From Candidatus Magasanikiibacteriota bacterium (lineage in GTDB: Bacteria > Patescibacteriota > Patescibacteriia > Magasanikbacterales > UBA922), in the NCBI GenBank assembly GCA_016207245.1, contig JACQQA010000007.1, forward strand, positions 1-60,936: a stretch of DNA of 60,936 nucleotides, in the 5' to 3' direction. Below the pieces are notes generated by a model, which did no database searches, had not been told where the DNA came from, and saw nothing but the letters and a program-made list of their open reading frames with translations. How positions within the stretch are numbered: the stretch's first letter is position 1; every line of letters begins with the position of its first letter. This document shows, one piece after another, positions 60,810 through 60,936 of this stretch. The position numbers and the translations under genes are program-made.

Positions 60810-60936
60810 ATTAACTTTTTAAATTAAAATGACACAAGCGAAGTGAAAATCGTCAGATTTTCATCCCGCTTTTGTCATTTTTTGTTCGTTCTCTTCCATT
60901 AGAGTGTGTTTTGTTCCGTAAGTTACATTTTTAAAC

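Overview
This is a 60.9-kb, gene-dense, AT-rich bacterial chromosome segment (roughly 40% GC by eye, not computed). Gene content suggests a Patescibacteria/CPR (Parcubacteria-like) genome, but that is inference only. The clues are an elp3-like radical-SAM/GNAT gene, an archaeal-type UMP-kinase-like gene, a split comEC, a stand-alone riboflavin kinase, no visible Shine-Dalgarno at native genes, and many short dispersed repeats translated in frame. I call about 58 protein genes and found no rRNA, tRNA, CRISPR array, transposase or integrase. Recognisable housekeeping genes are ctp, era, rplI, pyrG, hup, rny, tkt, infB, trxA, gdh, leuS, comEC, rarA, queH, tsaE, glyA, elp3-like, mpl and mraY. Six things stand out. 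(1) At 0.15-9.95 kb there is a same-strand cluster with four paralogous C-terminal phosphohistidine swivel-domain proteins and one separate PPDK_N/ATP-grasp protein, plus phosphoesterase and phosphatase-type genes. It looks like a trans-split RPH/PpsA-type dikinase and is bracketed by two inverted copies of a nested palindromic element. (2) leuS carries a complete NUDIX domain inserted between the Zn-binding module and the CP1 editing domain. (3) At 24.5-29.8 kb there is a strongly GC-rich island (OPT transporter, thiolase, HADH/enoyl-CoA hydratase fusion). Its genes, unlike native genes, have strong AGGAGG ribosome-binding sites. (4) Two tiny GC-rich transcription units (about 33.63-33.96 kb minus strand, about 55.55-56.05 kb plus strand) have perfect TTGACA-17-TATAAT promoters and strong SDs. 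(5) Several families of palindromic or short elements are inserted in frame in conserved genes (elp3, mpl, tkt, rarA, the ATP-grasp gene and an ATE-like gene). (6) Three adjacent genes at 48.9-50.4 kb share only an N-terminal motif. All functional calls come from motif recognition in the supplied translations, and no database search was run.
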